NCBI GenBank assembly: GCA_964016885.1
Contig: OZ024740.1
Location: forward strand, 246,326,001 to 246,390,000
Direction of reading: 5' to 3'
Length of the DNA stretch: 64,000 nt
DNA from: Eledone cirrhosa
Taxonomy: Eukaryota
Position numbers and translations under genes: made by a program. Of the stretch, positions 31,562-44,409 are shown in pieces (positions within the stretch are counted from its first letter, which is position 1; each line of letters opens with the position of its first letter). The notes below the pieces were generated by a model that worked only from the letters and a program-made list of their open reading frames with translations, searched no databases and had not been told where the DNA came from.

Positions 31562-34500
31562 ACAATATTAAATATTAGAACCATTTAAGCATCTACAGGG
31601 CTTTTAGATTCATCTCAAATTGGTCCTTAGACAGCTATGCTTAATATTAGTTATATTAACAACCTCACAAGTTAAATAAAGACACACACACAAATATATA
31701 TATATACATATAACAGATCTTTGGACACATGTATTTGTTTTGTAGATCTGTTATAAGTCCCTGCCAAAGTTACATGAGAGTCTAGGAAGATGGAGACCAT
31801 AACTGGTTGTAAACATACCCCATGAGAGAACTTTAGATTTTAAAGATAAGGAACTGCAGCATGAAAGCAGAGGATTCAGATTCAATTCCTTGTGGACAGT
31901 TGTAGTCTCATTTAAGTTAGGGTGAGAATGTAGCAGTGACTCAGAGCATGGACTATACTTTTAACCAGATTATAAAAGATCCATAGGTGGAACTGAACAT
32001 GTGTGTCCTCCTTTCATCAATAATGAAGCCTCCCACTGACATGAGTATAACATAAGTCATAAAACACTGCATGAGTAGGTGAGAGTTGTTTTCACAGGTG
32101 ACAGAAGACTGAATTAAATGCAAGAATTACTGGAGCTGGTGCAATAATGCATCAGTTTCAGCACTTGGTCATAAGAAGGAATGTAGGTGTAAAAGCCAAA
32201 CTTCTTATCTTCAATTCGGTGTTCTTGCTTACCTTTACATGAATCTTGGGTAATGCCCGAAAGAATACAATCGTAAATACAAGTGGTAGAAATATGGTTG
32301 CTGTGAAGGATCTTTGGAGAAACTTTACTCAATAGGGTGTGTAGCACAGAGATTAAGGAGTTACAATTTCTGCACATTGAAACATCACAGCACCAGTACT
32401 AAATACATGTAGTTAGAATTTCTAAGGAAAGAATCACTGAGCACATTTTTGGGCAAAGCTGACTGACAAGAAACCCAGAAATAGACAAGGAGTAAGATTA
32501 TTGGATAATATGCATAACCTCGGTTGCTTCTGATAGGACCCTCTTGGAAGGTGGGTCTGAGGATTCTACTCCCATGACCATCTCATGAATAAGTAGGCAA
32601 AGAAGAAGATATATATTAACAGTTTGACTTGCCTTTGCAATAACGTTAACTTTATAGACATAAAAAATATGCCTAACACCTCAGATGTGGTAGGGGATAA
32701 GTCATTCATTTGCACACAGAATTGTGTGTGTGTGTGTGTATGTGTGTGTATGACTGATCACATAAATGATGTGTGATTCATCATCATTATGACAAGTTTT
32801 ATGAGAGTGTAACCATGGGTATGGATAGTGTTTGCTACCCATATCTCATAACGATTCCTTTCACCACACAATCTTTTACAGTCAAACTGCTGGTTTATTT
32901 CATCACAAGTCTGATGGCAAATGCTAAGTATTTGTCACCAGACCAACAGATTATTTTAAAACAGTTGGGAGCTCAATCCCTAGATCAAGTGGTGTGTTGT
33001 GTCCTTAAACAAGACACTTCAGTTCACTTAAATGAAAATATGAGTCTATTAGCCACCTTGCAATGGACTCTCAATCAATGCCACATAAAACTGGGTTAAG
33101 CTTTGACCCGAGTCTAGGCTTCAGATGTGATGATGGATGGAGATAAGGGGATGCAACAAAATGGGATCTATACTGGTACCATATAAAATCTAATGGGTTT
33201 ATGGGGATTGCCACACACACACACACACAGCTATTTCTAATAAATTTAGAATTTACAAGTACAACTTAACACTTGACTGACATTTTATATTATTTAGATT
33301 TAAAAGAAGGATGGGTTAGGTGGGGGAAAATGTTTCTGATAGAAATGGCTGTACAACAATTGAACTAAATGATTTACAGTATTTACTTTTATATTTGTAT
33401 TTTTATGTGCCATCATTCATTTAAAAAAAGTAAATAAATCAAGTACCAGTAATATACTAGAACTAGTTAATTCCTTTATACACAATGCCCTTAGTCTACG
33501 TAAATCAGTAAATCAGTTGTGTAACTGATATAATATTTCTACTTAGAAATACAATAAACACTTCTGTCCTTTCCCATCAAAGCTAAAATTTGAAATAAAA
33601 TGAAAAAACAAAACAAAAAACAAACAAACAACAAAACCAAAATATATACAGAAAAAAAAAATCTCAACAACATCATTGTTGTTGTTGTTGTTTAGCCCCA
33701 AGTCAGTTATGACTGAGCAGCTATATGATAAAAGACCATTCTAGTCATCCATTCATATGCCCCCATCCACCCTTTTAAAGAAGATAGGGTGTAATTTGGC
33801 TGCTATTTCTAGTAGGTTAAGCAACCAAATAAGCAGCTCCTTCTTCCACTTTTGCAGTTGTTATGGAAACTACTGTGCCAGAGAAAATAAACACTGCAAG
33901 ACAACAATGACAATATTGCAGTGTCCACTTTTGTAAAAGGGTAAATTAAAGGTGGTGAAATTAAGAGTTAAATACTGCATCCCAAGATAATCCATGTACT
34001 GATGTGGTGGGACACACTCTTAGTGTATTTCTACTGTCCATTAAAAGGAAGATATGTGATGTTTTGGTCAAAAGTTTCACCAAGAATGGATTCCATAAGT
34101 AACTGTAGATCTTTTGACAAAGGACTCTGGTTTAGCTAGGACAGTTTACTCTCACACACATTAACACATGTTGACAAATAAATTAAGAAAAACAAATTAT
34201 AAATGCAAAATAGTTAAAATAATCAAATTAATCAAGACAGCACCAACAATAACCCATAACTTTTTTTTTCTAAATGTAGGTTAGTTTATTTTATATTTAT
34301 AGTCATTCTTATATCTCCCACTGATTCAAACCCAATTCCTCCAAGGAAAAAATTTAAGGGAAAGAGATAGGTATGGAGAAGAAATACAAAGTCTTAACAT
34401 TTTGTATACCAAACACTTGAAATCAACCCTGATTTTATGATACAAAGCTATTTTAAAGTGTTTATATTTATATAAAAACCTTTCATCTTATGTAAAAACC

Positions 34501-35459
34501 TTTGTTATGCTTCAATCACAGCTTATAAATGAGAAAGTTATATTACTAAACCCTTTCAAATATCTTTATTTTCAAAATGATTTAAAAATTTGAAGCAATG
34601 ACTTTCATTAGATATAGGTAACAAAAGGGTTAATATCTAAAGTTTATCCATGGTAGCGATTTTTCTTCTACTTAGGTTCATTATTATTTTACCAGATGTC
34701 ATAGTGTATTGGAGCATTATTTCACGAAGTTGGTTCCAAGGAACTCTTATGTTCTGTGAAAACATTTTTGAGTTTTGCAAGATAAGGTGATATTTAACAT
34801 ATATCCATGAAAATTTATGTTTCATGTGAATCAATTCTGTCTTTAAAACAACTTTGTTTCATATAATCCCTTATCAAATTAGTGTTAGCAACTGTGTGTA
34901 AAGTATAGGTTGGGACCTTGCAACTTTTGAAATATTGTATACAAGTTTCACAATTTTGAGAAAACCATGAAGGTTCCATGATAATAAGCTAAGGAACCAC
35001 TGTATTGATTTAAAGAAAGAAAAAAAAACTCTCACAAATGAAAATAAAAGCGTTGGTTTGATGTTTGAGTAGCTGGACTTCAACAATATAGCCTACTTGC
35101 TATTCATTGAAGACAGATAGAAAGGCTTATGATTCATTTCAGCCATGCTATAACTAATGTGTTCATAATGTTCTCCTTTCTGGGGAAGATAGATAACTCT
35201 GGCATATTTCTGTTGACGATTACTTATTTCACTACTTGAAACCAATAAACACCCTCCTGGATTATTTTATCATTCTTGCCAACTCAGAACCTCAACAATT
35301 TCCCCAGATTTCAGATTTTACATTCATAGACGACCAGCTTTTAGCATCCATTTCTCACCTCCATACCGGAATAGTTTTAAGAAAGATAAAATAACTAAGA
35401 ATGAATGAAGACTATCTATTTAAAAATGTCAATGCCTCCTTCTCTTCTGCACTTGTATG

Positions 35460-36147
35460 GAATAATAATCGTTTCTTATATAGGCACAAGGCCAGTAATT
35501 TTGGGGGAGGGGAAAAATCAATTAAATCGACCCCAGTGCCTGACTGGTGCTTTATTTTATCAACCCCGTAAGGATGAAAGGCAAAGTTAACCTCGGCGAA
35601 ATTTGAACTCAGATGGAGGCACATGACTTAGTGGTTAGAGCATTGGCCTTACAATCGAAAGGTTGTGAGTTCAATTCTCAGACCAGATGATGTGTTGTTT
35701 CCTTGAGCAAGACACTTTATTTCACATTGCTCCAGTTTACTCAGCTGTAGAAATGAGATGAAAGGGACTGGGGTCCCTATCATTCCACTGCAAAGTGGAC
35801 GTGGAGGTGCCACGGCAAAATAGCCCCCAGCACTCACTGTAAATGAGGTTGGTGTTAGGAAGGGCATCCAGCTGTATAAATCAAGCCAGAATCAGTTCCC
35901 GTCCCACCCTTGCAAGCAGGGAAAAGCGGACGTAAAATGATGATGATCATCATCATCATCATCATAAAGGGCCGTAACTATGCTGCAAAGCATGGCGTCC
36001 GACCCTCTACCGATACTGCCAATCCACCACCCTATGGAATAATAATTGTTTCTACTTTTGGCACAAGGCCAGCAATTATCCCAGTGTATTACTGGTACTT
36101 TATTTTATCGACCCGTAAGGATGAAAGGCAAAGTTAACCTCGGCGGG
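35460..36147 (-). mobile_element. Tandem minus-strand tRNA-derived SINEs (second family), interrupted by a plus-strand SINE
   Basis: GATGAAAGGCAAAGTTAACCTCGGCG...TTTGAACTCAGA (B box on the minus strand) is repeated. Confidence 0.78.
35616..35965 (+). mobile_element. tRNA-derived SINE, same family as 19118
   Basis: Near-identical to 19118-19467, with a (GAT)/(CAT) tail. Confidence 0.88.
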
Positions 36148-36157
36148 TGGAGAATAC

Positions 36158-36193
<36 letters not shown>

Positions 36194-36317
36194 ATGAGTG
36201 TTATGTCGGTCATTAAAATGCTCTTCAGGGGAGGTTACTCAGCAATACACACTGAGAATTGCTTGTAATAGTATATGTTTTGTACTGAATAGTTTTTTTA
36301 AACGTTTGTATGAATTA

Positions 36318-37084
36318 CTAGCAGTGGTACCCGGCGTTGCACGGATAAGGTATTTTGGAACGCGGGCCGCCAACAGACCTAATAGTGGAAAAACTGCATG
36401 CCTGGACAATATGTAAAGAAAATAAACCGAATACTCTGATGGCTGGATAATCTTTTTTTATGTGCATAATATGCCTTGGAATTTCGGGAAAATCGGCTAG
36501 ACGTAACGCCTCCAAAAAGCCCTAAAAAGCTGAAAAAAAATGAAGTTTTTCATCTAATGCCATAAAAAAGTTGGATTTTCTTTGCTCACGGTATGAAGAA
36601 GAGAATGACTAATACATAGTTACAATTTCAAGGAAATCGGTCTGACGTAACGCCTAAAAAAAAACCTAAAAAGCTTAAAAAACGCAATTTTTCACCTAAT
36701 GTGGGCCCTAGGAGATAAAAGTAATACACATGTAAAGTTTGAAAAAAATTGGTTGGGTACTTCTCGAGTTTTAGGAATTCAAACTCAGACACACACAAAC
36801 ATCCTCAGGGAAGTGACGTAATGCAGACAGATATTATAAGGGTGCGACGTTATATGTATGTATCTATCTAAAAAGAGAAAGACTAAGAATTATAGAGAGA
36901 GATCGCTAAATCGCCTAATGCGGTCGTAGGGCATTGAAAATTTGAAATTTGTTTTTGCTCAGAACAATCCCTGAAACATAAGTATTACATGTGTAAAGTT
37001 TGAAAACAGTCGGTTGGGTGGTTCTCGAGTTTTAGGGATTCAAACTCACACACACACAGACATCCTCAGTTTTATATATATAGA
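36318..37084 (-). mobile_element. Non-autonomous Helitron
   Basis: Minus strand starts TCTATATATATAAAAC, ends with hairpin CCGTGCAACGCCGG plus CTAG, and is inserted between A and T. Internal direct repeats. Confidence 0.82.
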
Positions 37085-37945
37085 TACCTATATATATACA
37101 CACACACACACACACAGAAATTTGGAGTTTGATGAATTCCAAATCAGATAAGACTGATCAGTCACTAATTTTATGCCCAATTCCCTCAGTAGTAAATATA
37201 TACTAGGGATGGCTACCACTTCTAGAGATAGCCATCCCTAGTATTACACATACACACACATCATTATATATATATGTGTGTGTGCGTTTACTTTCCTGGT
37301 GATTTCAAACGAATGAAACAGTTCTAGTCCTGTAGAAGTCATTTCTATATAAAAATAAAGATTGAGAGAGAGTGCACTCTATCCCAATAATACCTTTTTA
37401 CAGTTAAGTGAACTGGGCTAGCAAAATTTGTCTTTTTTTAGACTAATGTGGCAAAGATCACAGTGCCACATTACTGACGTCATTCAGCTATCAGGCACCT
37501 CATTTTCTCAGGGATTCAAATCCCTCAAGCTAATATCTTCAAATTCATTTTCACTTTCAGGTCCCCAAATGTACCATGGATAAGCAATAGTAAACAACAC
37601 ATAACTAAACAAAACAAAAAAATAAGCAAAAACAAATAAAAACAAATAAAAATAATAATAAATCTAAATCGTAGATTTAATAGAAAAGAAGGAGTATAAA
37701 TAATTGTTTTAATTATTTCATTTAGAAGGGAGTGGGGGAAACAATGATAAAAACGTTTGAAAAAGTTTCAATTAAAAATAAAATGGAACAAAAAAGATAA
37801 AAAAAAAAAAAAAGATAGAGCAAATTGATAATGTCAATTTTTTTTTTTATTTTTTGGGTGGGAGAAAAATATTTCCCTCGTTTTTTATAGCGAAAATAAA
37901 AAAAAATTGAAAGAAAAAAAAGTTTCCTTTTCAAAGAAAAAATTT

Positions 37946-38012
<67 letters not shown>

Positions 38013-38299
38013 GGTTAAGAAAAGAAATTTGGAAAAAACTCTGGAAAATTTAAAAAAATAGAATTTTTTTTCAGTTAATTATGTTATCAGCAGAATAATG
38101 ATGATAATAATATGATAGTAATATTAATGACAATAATAGCAATAATTTATTATGTTGGCTTTCAGCCATTAAGAGAAATTAGAGTAAAGTGTCTTATCTA
38201 ACAAACAAGACACAATGCAAGCAGCAGCAAGGATAGGATAGGAACTCAGAACCAAGAGAATAAGAGGAAAAACACTTATCCAACTCAGCCACTGTACCT

Positions 38300-38849
38300 C
38301 TCAATAATGATTTCTAAATTTGGCACAAAGCCAGCAATTTGTTGGGAGGGGAAAATCGATTATATCAACCCCAGTACGTAACTGGTACTTTATTTTATCA
38401 ACCTCGGAAGGATGAAAGGCTAAGTTTACCACCGCAAAATTTGAACTAAGAACATAAAGAGCTATAGCTAAATACTCTAAGTCTTCAATGCCCTTATGTC
38501 CTAATGATTTCACCAATCCATTGCCATAATAATAATTATAGTAATTGTTTCTATCAAAGGCACAAGAAGGGGGAGTGGGCAGCAAGAGAGGACAATCTTA
38601 ACCCCAGTATTTGACTGGTACTTTATAATAGTTTCTTAATTAGGCTTGATTAGCTGCAAAAACCTCCGAAAAAGTTATAGAAGGGTGGATAGAATGGGTA
38701 AGAGATAGAGAGCTTGGGTGAAGATGATGCTTCTGTGGCAATCTTGCACCTTCTTGATAAAAGGCTCCCCATTACCTCCCCTCTTAGAGTAGTAAAAACT
38801 AGCAAATCCATGTGTCATATCATGTCCCCAACTGTAATTAGAAACATAT

Positions 38850-38889
<40 letters not shown>

Positions 38890-39960
38890 AGAGAGAGAGA
38901 GAAAGAGAGAGAATAGAATAGAATGTTTTGTCCCCACCCCGTCGTCACATATTTCATAACAGAAGAACAAAGATAACTACAAATTTTAGGTGAGCAGAGC
39001 AAAGAACAGGTTATTAACATCAACTTTGATATTTTGCACTATTTTATAAACCCTGACAGGATTTTATCCCTGAAGATATAAAAAAAAACCTAACTAAATA
39101 ATGCAAGGCTCTATCAATTCTGCCAACTATTACCCTCCCAAATAATAATGAATTTTTGCACAGGTACAAGGGCAGAGATACAGGAAGAAGAGAGAGAGGC
39201 TGATTAAATCAACACCGGTACAACTAGCATTGTATTTTTGAAGGTTGAATGTAAAAATCCATATAACTAAATATCACAGGGAATTTCTTCCACCACTACT
39301 CCAACCACCACGCTTCCATAATAGTAATTATCTCTAACAAAGGCACAAGGCCAGAAATTTGGGGGAAGGAGAACAGTCGAATGATTAAATCCCAGTATTT
39401 GACTAGTTCTTTATTTTCTGAATCCCCGGCAGGATGAAAAGCGAAGTTGACCTTGGTGAGACTTGAACTCAAGAGTACAGAGATCCAGAATAACAAAAGT
39501 CTGATGTAGCAATTCTGCCAATTCTTTAATAATTTTTTTTTAACATTGGTAAAAGGCCAGCAATTTAGGGGAAGGGGAAAGTCAGTTATAATGACTTCAA
39601 TATCCAACTGGTACTTTATGCTATCAACTCTGGAAGAATGAAAGGCAAAAGTGACCTCGGTATGATTTGAACTCAGCATGTAAAGGAGAGTAATTGAATG
39701 CCATGAGACATTTTGTCTGACCTTCTACAGATTCTGTCAATATACTGCCTTTTAAAATAATTGTTTTTACTTTTGGTACAGGGCCAGCATTTTGAAGTTA
39801 TGGGGAAAGTTGATTAAATTGACTCCAGTTCATTAGTGGTACAACCCTGTTAGGATGAAAAGCTAACCTCGGCGCGGTTTGAACTCAGAACATAACTATT
39901 TCGCGAAGCATGGTGTTCGACGCTCTACCGATATTGCTAATCCAATGCCCTCTATAATAA
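38300..39960 (-). mobile_element. Cluster of degenerate tandem SINEs (second family)
   Basis: Repeated GGCACAAGGCCAG...ACTGGTAC...GGATGAAAGG...TTTGAACTC units. Confidence 0.75.
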
Positions 39961-40666
39961 TGAACAGTATGGAAGGACCATAATAGGAAAAAGGACAAGA
40001 ATGTTTCCCATCCTGGACCATATGCTTCGATAGGATGGGAATTAAACCAGTTATATCATCAATACCATGTAATAATAAAAATGAAAAAAACTAAATGGGA
40101 ACAAAAAACGTAGAGTGTGAGTGTGGAGGAGAGGGTAGGAGCAAGGAGAGAGGTTAATGACAACACTGTTTGTTTTTACAAAATAAAAGTGTGTTAAACT
40201 AAATTAAAGGAGAGCAAGGGCCAGGGTGATTGGTGTTAAAAATAGAAAGAGGAAGAGATTTGAATGGAAATGAGAGTAATAGTAGTAGAAATAATAGTAG
40301 CAGTTGTGGTATGTTGTATGCAAGGTAGAGGAAAGAAATAGATATGGCAGCTGAAGCAAAAGTAGCAAGTTTTTTTTTTTTTTTGTTATTTTACAAAAAA
40401 GGGTATTAGAGTACTTTAAAAAAATGACAAAACAAATTATTTTTTATAAAAAAAAGGGGGTTTAAAAAAACCTCAAGTTTACCACCAATTGGTTTGTTCG
40501 TCTTAAATGCAAAGAATAGATAGATGAAGAGATGGAGGTATAGAAATAGCTAAATAGAATGATAGAGAGGGTTGATGAATGAGAGAGAGAGATAGGTATA
40601 CTTTAAGTGTGTTTGCAATGGTGTATGTATTCTGCTTCTTTGAATGAAAAAGAAATCCACATTGTA

Positions 40667-40698
<32 letters not shown>

Positions 40699-42229
40699 CA
40701 CACACACACACATATACATCTATGTATAGATGTAAGTATGCAAGTAGACAATATATATTTTTATTTCAACTTCCCACCAATCTCATGCTCTCTATCTCCC
40801 AGCCTTCACTTCTCCCCCCCCCCACCTCACTCTCTCATGAATTTCTTTAAAAGTTTTATTTCTAATTTTTGAAGAAGGTAACTATGAAAAGACAGATCCA
40901 CCCAAATAATAATAATAGTAATAGCAGGTAGTAGTAGCGCTACTAACTCTATCACTAGGGGTGGTACTTCCAGTACTGAGAGAAACCCGAGCTGTTTCAC
41001 TTCAACGCTTTAAATTGAAAAAAATCATTTTACATCCCACCAGGCTATATGAGTATCCATGTTCATATATAACACACAGTGTCATCATCATTTTTACATC
41101 TGCTTTTCCCATGGTATCATGGTTTAGATGAGACTTTTTGGAGCAGTTTTTCTATGGCCTGATGCCCTTCCTAATGCCAACTCACTCTTTTTCAACAAGT
41201 ATGCTATATAATAGACGTTCATTGATGTGGTCCTCTACAGAATGTATTCTTTATGAAGGACATAAACAAATATCACTTCTTGTATGTTTTTTTTTTAAAC
41301 AGTGTCAATATGAAGCTGCTCTCCACCACTGACAAACATTCACACATACAGGAGTAAATAACACTCATTCTTATATTTACCAAATTCACAATACATTGGT
41401 TGGCCTGAAGCTATAGTAGAAAAAACTTGCCAACAAAATGGGAATGAACCTAAAACCACACGGTTCTAAAGTAAACTTCTTAACCATGCAACCAAGCTTG
41501 TACTTCATTGTGTGTATATAAATTAAATATATATTCATATTTGCTGAGGGGACTAAAACAAATTAGTTTGGTAAACAGACAAAAAAAAATACATAGGCAG
41601 GGTTGCTTTCCAAACATCGGATTGAACTGAAAACAGCTACAGGTTAGTCTCTTTGCATTGGATATCTTTTTCTAGTTATCTCCTCCTTACCTCAGCATTC
41701 TATATGAAGATAGACTTAGTATTAGGTGAAGTAATAATAACATTCATTATTATCACATTGTATATGCTGGCCATGAACTGGTGCTGAGGCTTGCTAAACA
41801 TTTTTGTTTTGTTTGTTGTGTGTGTGCGCATGTTTGTATCTAAGCATATGAGTGTATATGCACGAATGTGTGAATATGTCATACACATTTATTTTTATAT
41901 ATATATATGTCAACACACACATGCACACACAGTAAATGAAGAAAAGTCTGCCATAGCACTGCTATATTACCAGGGACTTCACCACACCACACACCACCCC
42001 AATACATCACCACATGACATAGAAGGAATGGGATCTTTATGTCTAATTGAACCAGTTGTAAATTCAGTGGGATGAGGGCCACTTGAGCTGGATGCTGGGA
42101 CATGCAAAAAGCCAAGGATTTTAGGGAAAATATATAAACACCAATGTCATTCATATTTTATATAAACTGTTTTGAAAATGTAGGCAATAGAGGACCTTTC
42201 ATAGCTATTGATGATGTCGTCATTGTAAG

Positions 42230-42665
42230 TTAACAGCAATGATATCTTATCACAGTGAACACTGCTGAACATATTTTGACACTGTAGTGAACATCAATAG
42301 GCATATCTTTTGTTGAAGCAGTGAATACTATTGGACATATCTCGTCATCACAGTGAACTATGTTGAATACACCTTGATATAGTGAATAACAATGAACATA
42401 TTTTGATATTGTAGTGAACACCAATGAACATATTTTGATACTGCAGCAGACAGCACTAAACATTTCTCATTGTAGTGAATAAAACTGAATGATTTTTACT
42501 ACTACAATGAACATCCCTTGTTTTTGTAGTGACCAACAGTAAATACCTCCATTGCTTTGGTGAACAGCAAAAAAAAACAAAAGAACAACAAAACATTTCT
42601 TGCAGAAAACGAATGTCAATTCTTATAGCAGTAAACACTGAACTGCAGTTCTATCGTTTGGTAAA
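42230..42665. repeat. Degenerate ~32-bp minisatellite
   Basis: Recurring (C/T)AGTGAACAC...TGAACATATTTTGA units. Confidence 0.7.
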
Positions 42666-43593
42666 CAGAAACCCAGAGTAACAGTCCTTTATTTCAGCCA
42701 TGTCCACATAGCAGCCAGCAGAAATTTTTGTTTTTTTTCACCAGTTATGTTAAAACCTTCATTGCAATAAGAGTGCCATGTCACATAACTGGCACAAAAG
42801 ATTAATTATAATCTTTAAGAAGTATTATGGTTGGTTGAGAGTAGGGTGAAAACAATGGATTTTTGTGGTTCTTGTCTGCCAATCTATTTTTTTTAATTCT
42901 TGAGAAATAAAAACCAATTTCTATGAACTAGGAGAATATTGGGCGAAAAGAAGTTTAAATATTGGGAGGAATGTAGTTGCTCAGGTAAAATAAGTTTTTA
43001 AAAAATGAAAGAAGGGTTTCTTAAAAGAAGGAAACTTTAGCAGGGGTGGGGTGGAGGGAGGACAGTAGCAATGTTTGTGGTGGTGACAGTTGCAGTGATG
43101 ACAAGAGACCAGATAACAATAGCAGACACAGCAGCAGAACTAGGCATTTTCAAAAAAAGAAAAAGAAAAGGAAAAAGAAAAAAGAAAATATCAACATTTT
43201 GCTCTTTTGTGGTTACAAATATATATATGTGTGTCTGTATGTGTATAAATACATATACCACACATATATATATATACACATACACACAAGCATGTGTGCA
43301 TATATATATATATATCCTAAATATAATTGTTATCCCCATTTTCAAGCTATTAATTTTTCTTTCCATTTTTTTCTCATGTTGAAAATGTTTTCTTCTTTAC
43401 ATTCTATTTTGTATTTTTTGTTAAATTTCGATTTGTTTTATTTTTTTAACGTTTTTGTTTATTTCTGTTTTGTTTGTTTTTTGAACAAGTCTGACGGAAA
43501 GTTTCATCATCGCCGCTATGTTGAGGACTGAAAGACAGCAAGAATTTTCTTATATTTCAGATGGAAATTGTTGGTTGTTTGTTTCTTTTGTTG

Positions 43594-43647
<54 letters not shown>

Positions 43648-43725
43648 ATATATATCTTTATTGTCTAGTCAAGAGAGGGAAGTGTTGGTCAGTATCATTG
43701 CATGATGTTGCAATCAATTTTATAT

Positions 43726-43915
43726 CTAGACATTAGTCCCATTTCCTTTTGATTCACGACCTTGGTAAGCGCCAATGAAAGAACCATCCTCATTGAATCT
43801 GCTGCCAGCATCTGTGTCACTGTACTCTCCCATGCTGTCAGTATCACTGCCGATACTCTTAGCAGCACTAGAGATGGAGAGGTTGTCAGGTTTCTGCAGG
43901 CCAGGGTCGTCGTCT
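43726..43915 (-). CDS. Nrg: L1CAM/neuroglian-like gene, last coding exon (cytoplasmic tail with ankyrin-binding motif)
   Basis: DDDPGLQKP...SDTDSMGEYSDTDAGSRFNEDGSFIGAYQ...V-stop. Acceptor TTTTTGCAG. The phase 2 join to the previous exon is in frame. Confidence 0.9.
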
Positions 43916-44268
43916 CTGCAAAAATCCAACAGTATGGAAGAGTTAAGCTAAAAAAATCATTGCGAATGATGAGCAGGCAATGATGTCCCAACTACAATCA
44001 CCATGTAAGAAAGCAGACAAGAATGGAACAGACAGCCACATGCCAACAAACAACATTGACGAGATTACACAGGCTTCAATACCAACAATTATATTTAGGA
44101 TATATATATATAGCAGAAACACCCATTTTTTTTCCTTTTAAGACAGTTTTTTTTAAAATTTTCTTTTTTTTTCCTTTTAATATTTTGTGTTTTCATATTT
44201 TTCCATTTCCATATTTTTAAATATTTAAAAAAATTTACTTTGCTTCTTTCAACATCGATAATACCTAC

Positions 44269-44347
44269 GTGCGGGGTAGATCATGAAATCCACTGTCAGC
44301 AAGTTCTTTTTCAGGGTCATGGCCGGCTTTTCGTTCTTTTTTATCAA
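44269..44347 (-). CDS. Nrg: L1CAM/neuroglian-like gene, juxtamembrane cytoplasmic exon
   Basis: (V)DKKERKAGHDPEKELADSGFHDLPR(T), AG/GT boundaries, 79 bp, phases consistent. Confidence 0.85.
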
Positions 44348-44409
44348 CTGCGATGTGTAAAAGACAAAATAAAAATAAAAATATTATAGAAAAGAAATTT
44401 GAAGGAAGA

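Noticed and set aside
31900-33100. Short ORFs (32114-32377, 32773-33099) as host exons
   Set aside because: No recognisable motifs or consistent splice chain. Probably decayed repeats.
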